Of a DNA stretch of 64,000 bases, positions 63,621 through 64,000 are shown in pieces. The stretch comes from a bacterium. Its GTDB lineage: Bacteria > SM23-31. The stretch is from contig OZ252239.1 in NCBI GenBank assembly GCA_965249485.1, positions 192,001-256,000 of the forward strand. Direction: 5' to 3'. Both the position numbers and the translations under genes were made by a program. Position 1 is the stretch's first letter. Each line of letters starts with the position of its first letter. The notes beneath the pieces were generated by a model. That model was not told the origin of the DNA. It searched no databases and saw only the letters and a program-made list of their open reading frames with translations.

Positions 63621-64000
63621 ATGAAAACAATGACAATACATTTACGGATCTGGCGGCAGAAAAACGATAAAAGTCCCGGTAGATTGATTCCGTATACTGT
63701 GACCGACATAACGGAAGAGATGTCGTTTTTGGAAGTGCTCGATATTTTGAATGAGCAGCTTCTTGAGAAGGGCGAAGAACCAATTGAGTTCGACAACGAC
63801 TGCAGAGAAGGTATTTGCGGTATGTGCAGTATGGTTATTAACGGCATTGCACACGGGTCCTATCCTGCAACAGCAACCTGCCAGCTCCATATGCGCATGT
63901 TCGAAGATGGCGACACAATCACGGTTGAGCCATTTCGTGCCAAACCATTTCCCATCATCAAAGATCTCGTTGTTGATCGTTATGCGTTTGACAGGATTAT
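63621..64000 (+). CDS. sdhB: Succinate dehydrogenase / fumarate reductase Fe-S subunit (partial, runs off the window)
   Basis: [22 protein letters not shown]...[14 protein letters not shown]. Confidence 0.93.
   Translation, partial: MKTMTIHLRIWRQKNDKSPGRLIPYTVTDITEEMSFLEVLDILNEQLLEKGEEPIEFDNDCREGICGMCSMVINGIAHGSYPATATCQLHMRMFEDGDTITVEPFRAKPFPIIKDLVVDRYAFDRI

Noticed and set aside
1..64000. CRISPR array, rRNA genes or IS transposase
   Set aside because: No regularly spaced repeat-spacer pattern, rRNA-like sequence or transposase ORF was seen

Overview
Bacterial chromosomal window, probably from an FCB-group lineage (inferred from a SusC/SusD pair and a T9SS/FlgD-type C-terminal sorting domain). 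It has four parts. (1) 1-17.9 kb, minus strand: an ECF sigma/FecR/SusC/SusD locus followed by secreted peptidase-like genes (M24-like, DUF885, three M28 paralogs, the two complete ones with a changed active site, an M14 fragment, a VPS10/BNR protein), several of them frameshifted. (2) 18.4-25.2 kb: an AT-rich integrative element next to a tRNA-Ile2(CAT). It carries a tyrosine integrase, excisionase-like HTH genes, rep-like and terminase-small-subunit-like genes, and two diverged att-like sites (core palindrome, IHF-like box, arm repeats). (3) 25.4-39.4 kb: housekeeping genes (dnaG, mutS2, cvpA, rpsU, glmS, a CDF transporter, peptidases). (4) 39.4-64 kb: a respiratory gene cluster with a complex I operon lacking nuoB and nuoI. 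Divergent from it are a nine-heme cytochrome c with a T9SS-type sorting domain, a Rieske/cytochrome b pair with a membrane-anchored multiheme cytochrome, an ion antiporter and sdhCAB. All product calls come from motif recognition by eye; no database search was run.
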